A stretch of DNA of 57,936 nt from Methanothrix sp. (GTDB lineage: Archaea > Halobacteriota > Methanosarcinia > Methanotrichales > Methanotrichaceae): NCBI GenBank assembly GCA_030372945.1, contig JAUCQD010000187.1, positions 1-57,936 of the forward strand, in the 5' to 3' direction. The first letter of the stretch is position 1. Each line of letters begins with the position of its first letter. Below are positions 55,681-57,936 of this stretch, piece after piece. Made by a program: the position numbers and the translations under genes. The notes beneath the pieces are model-generated. The model did no database searches. It saw nothing but the letters and a program-made list of their open reading frames with translations, and was not told the DNA's origin.

Positions 55681-57180
55681 TTATATATTTAACTGAAGAC
55701 ATCTATGGGAAGCCATAGACGTTGCAATACAGAGATCAATCTTCGAAAGGGCAGACTTCTTGATGATTCTGATCTTGCCGGTCTCATCATCGGATTGACG
55801 ATTTGCATTACCGACGTGTTCGCGAAGATTGAGATCCCCATCATGAGCGAGACGACGTTGAGAGATGAGATCGTAGAGCTGCTTATCAGCTTCGAGCCTT
55901 TCGCGTCCCTGATCGAAAGAAGAGACCCATGTGAGCCCGGCTTGGCCGAGTCTCATGGACATGTCGTAGAGCTGATAGGGATCGTAGCAGATCTGTACGA
56001 TATTGTACATCTTGCAGAGACGATGACACATCATCTCAGGTCCGGGGTTTTCCTCTGTCCCGAGGAAATCAATCTTCCCGGCCTTGGGATCCCACTTCAT
56101 CACTATCCGAACGGCAATATCATGATCGCGACGAGTGGGATCAGGATGACGAGTAACGCCAACCAGAGCAAAATTGTCCGAAGCAGTCCCAGCATCCAGT
56201 GCCAGAACCATGGGCTCTCGAGGATCGAGTGGCGGGAGCTTTTCCCGGAGCGCATCCCACCACTCAATGGGAACGAACGACTCTTCTGATGATACCCACG
56301 AATTCCGATGCACTCGTAGGAATTCGTTGGGAGTAAGCGTTGCTTCTTCTTGTGCATAATACTCCTTCGTCTGCCAGGGACACCGAGGGGATTGATTCCA
56401 CAAGCAGAACATCCGAGCGGGTTCATTTCGATAAGCTGGTAAGTCCTCCCAAATCTGAATGCCGTGATTGACGCCCTGATCGTATAGTTGCTCCAGAAGC
56501 AACGATTCTCCCGAGAATCCTGCGTAGGTCTCAATCCAGCGGAAGGACTTACCGTACTTCGTTGGGGACAGAGTCATTTCTGTCCACATGCGTTTCTGAG
56601 CTTCCTGATGGGCCCCCCAGAGCTCAGAGAAAACAACCATGTCGGCGTTACCTCCAGCCTCACCGGAAGGATCGATAGGTACAGATTCGATCCGAGTCCG
56701 ATTAGGCAGCCAAGTTTGGTAACCCCGAGTTTTGACCATGCTCTTGAGAGCAGGGTTCATCTCACAAGCACGTCGAATGTAGTAGCCAACGCGAGAGTCA
56801 GCTTGATCGAGGTCATTAGCAACGAGAACGACTTGACCCCACTCGACATGAAAAGCACGATAGAGAGCAACAGCAGCAGCGATTGTGGACTTGATTGATT
56901 TCTTGATGTCTGACCAGACGATTGTGGAGTACTTGAAATCTCCGTTTTCGTCGAGCGAAGTAGCTTCACGAAGACATCTCTTCTGGTATTCGACAAGTTG
57001 AATTGGTCCACGCAGTTCGGGGACCCAGAAGAACTTCTCAATCCACTCTACAATTCCATATTGATGTGTTCGGGGATCTTCGAGATCCGTTGAGGGAGAA
57101 ATTGCATCAGCGAGTTGTAGAAGCAACGAGTCGTCTAAGGTCGTTGGCAATGGCGTCAAGTTGTCGAACGTCGGTAACAT
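55681..57180 (-). CDS. terL: Terminase large subunit
   Basis: YQ motif; KKSIKST Walker A-like; VVFSE Walker B-like; nuclease LALDAG..SD, YDPYQ, KID. Confidence 0.85.
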   Translation of the reverse strand: MLPTFDNLTPLPTTLDDSLLLQLADAISPSTDLEDPRTHQYGIVEWIEKFFWVPELRGPIQLVEYQKRCLREATSLDENGDFKYSTIVWSDIKKSIKSTIAAAVALYRAFHVEWGQVVLVANDLDQADSRVGYYIRRACEMNPALKSMVKTRGYQTWLPNRTRIESVPIDPSGEAGGNADMVVFSELWGAHQEAQKRMWTEMTLSPTKYGKSFRWIETYAGFSGESLLLEQLYDQGVNHGIQIWEDLPAYRNEPARMFCLWNQSPRCPWQTKEYYAQEEATLTPNEFLRVHRNSWVSSEESFVPIEWWDALREKLPPLDPREPMVLALDAGTASDNFALVGVTRHPDPTRRDHDIAVRIVMKWDPKAGKIDFLGTEENPGPEMMCHRLCKMYNIVQICYDPYQLYDMSMRLGQAGLTWVSSFDQGRERLEADKQLYDLISQRRLAHDGDLNLREHVGNANRQSDDETGKIRIIKKSALSKIDLCIATSMASHRCLQLNI

Positions 57181-57742
57181 GTCTCTTTATGGTATCCGTG
57201 ATTCCAGCCAGAAGCAGCATCGCCCGTTCGGTTGTGATAATCTGTTGCATAGAGACGAGACGTTTCTCTTCTGACTCTACAAGTCTTCGACGTCCTTCGA
57301 GGACGCCGTAGATTTCGACCCATGTCTTTCGAGCATCGGTGCCGTTCGAGAGAAGAGTCTTGATCTCCCGAATTCCTTTCTGAATGTCCTGGATGCTTCC
57401 AGTGTAAGTTGTATCTTCGAGATCATCCATTTTATCGTTCAGTTCTTCCCATAGCTCCTCTGTCTTCAACTTCGTGATGCGTTCGAGAAGAAAGCCGAGA
57501 CGAGAATCGATGAGAGCGATGTCGTCGCGGAGAGATAAGAGTTCGGGGTCACTTTGAGATTCTTTGAACTTCTCGATTAGGTTGTCGGGAAGATATTTAC
57601 TGTAGCGACCAGTCTTGAAGTTTGCAGCAGCGATGCCGACGGGAGTCTTACCTCCGTGATTCTTACAGACAGTGCGTCCGGTGACTGCTTGAGCTTTACA
57701 TCGTTCTCCCGTTCGTTTTGACGTTGCTGTGCACTGAGCCAT
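57107..57742 (-). CDS. terS: Terminase small subunit (HGGxSTG-like domain)
   Basis: CTA.SKRTG.RC...VCKNHGGKTP...NFKTGRYSK; GGAGG RBS before ATG 57742. Confidence 0.75.
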   Translation of the reverse strand: MAQCTATSKRTGERCKAQAVTGRTVCKNHGGKTPVGIAAANFKTGRYSKYLPDNLIEKFKESQSDPELLSLRDDIALIDSRLGFLLERITKLKTEELWEELNDKMDDLEDTTYTGSIQDIQKGIREIKTLLSNGTDARKTWVEIYGVLEGRRRLVESEEKRLVSMQQIITTERAMLLLAGITDTIKRHVTDVRQLDAIANDLRRLVASTTR

Positions 57743-57761
57743 ACTTTGTTCCTCCACTATT

Positions 57762-57790
57762 ATTATAGTGTCTTTTGGGTATGATTTCAA
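57762..57790 (-). promoter_or_regulatory. Sigma70-type promoter for the packaging operon
   Basis: TTGAAA (57790-57785), 17 bp, TATAAT (57767-57762). Confidence 0.8.
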
Positions 57791-57834
57791 GGGTTCTGGA
57801 TAGACTGACCCCAGATCCCACAGTTATTTTGACT

Positions 57835-57936
57835 CAAACTAACTAACTCAAATAACCGTGTTAACTGTCAGGAAAACGCGTGTGACCCTGAGGACGGACC
57901 CGAAAAGTTAGTTAGTTTGGCCTATATATATAATAG
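57835..57936. repeat. 14-bp inverted repeat sharing its sequence with the 9.1 kb element
   Basis: caaactaactaact (57835-57848) / agttagttagtttg (57906-57919). Confidence 0.8.

Noticed and set aside
27700-57311. Long + strand ORFs in the structural arm (e.g. 30076..30783, 41442..42233, 47453..48127)
   Set aside because: Antisense shadows of well-supported - strand genes, with no RBS or motifs
1-57936. tRNA genes, integrase/att site, introns or inteins, alternative genetic code
   Set aside because: None recognised by eye; polymerase, terminase and primase have normal lengths, and genes are intact with all three stop codons in use

Overview
The window is an apparently near-complete ~58 kb tailed dsDNA phage genome (siphovirus-type tail; no integrase recognised). 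A Nextera adapter remnant sits at positions 5-38. There are two convergent arms meeting at a bidirectional terminator near 27.5 kb. The + arm (0.6-27.5 kb) begins with a highly structured non-coding leader and many small early ORFs. It continues with two tandem soluble DUF2156-like (aminoacyl-tRNA-dependent GNAT) paralogues, recombination genes (DUF932, SNF2, RuvC-like, PD-(D/E)XK, Sak4-like ATPase, DUF669 SSB) and a 7-deazaguanine DNA-modification cassette (degenerate QueF-like, YhhQ, Cys-cluster YkgJ/DpdM-like, TGT-fold DpdA-like). It ends with a UDG-fused family A polymerase and a primase-helicase. The - arm (57.8-27.5 kb) carries terminase, portal, collagen-like and discoidin proteins, multi-domain glycosyltransferases and methyltransferases, a lysis block with a papain-like protease, capsid and tail genes. 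The main leads are: (1) a possible new amino-acid-decorated deazaguanine modification; (2) strong genome-wide enrichment of the palindrome TCGA; (3) a virion glycosylation module, including a triple GT with an in-frame internal start; (4) several unexplained structured or repeated non-coding elements. All family calls come from visual motif recognition, not database searches.
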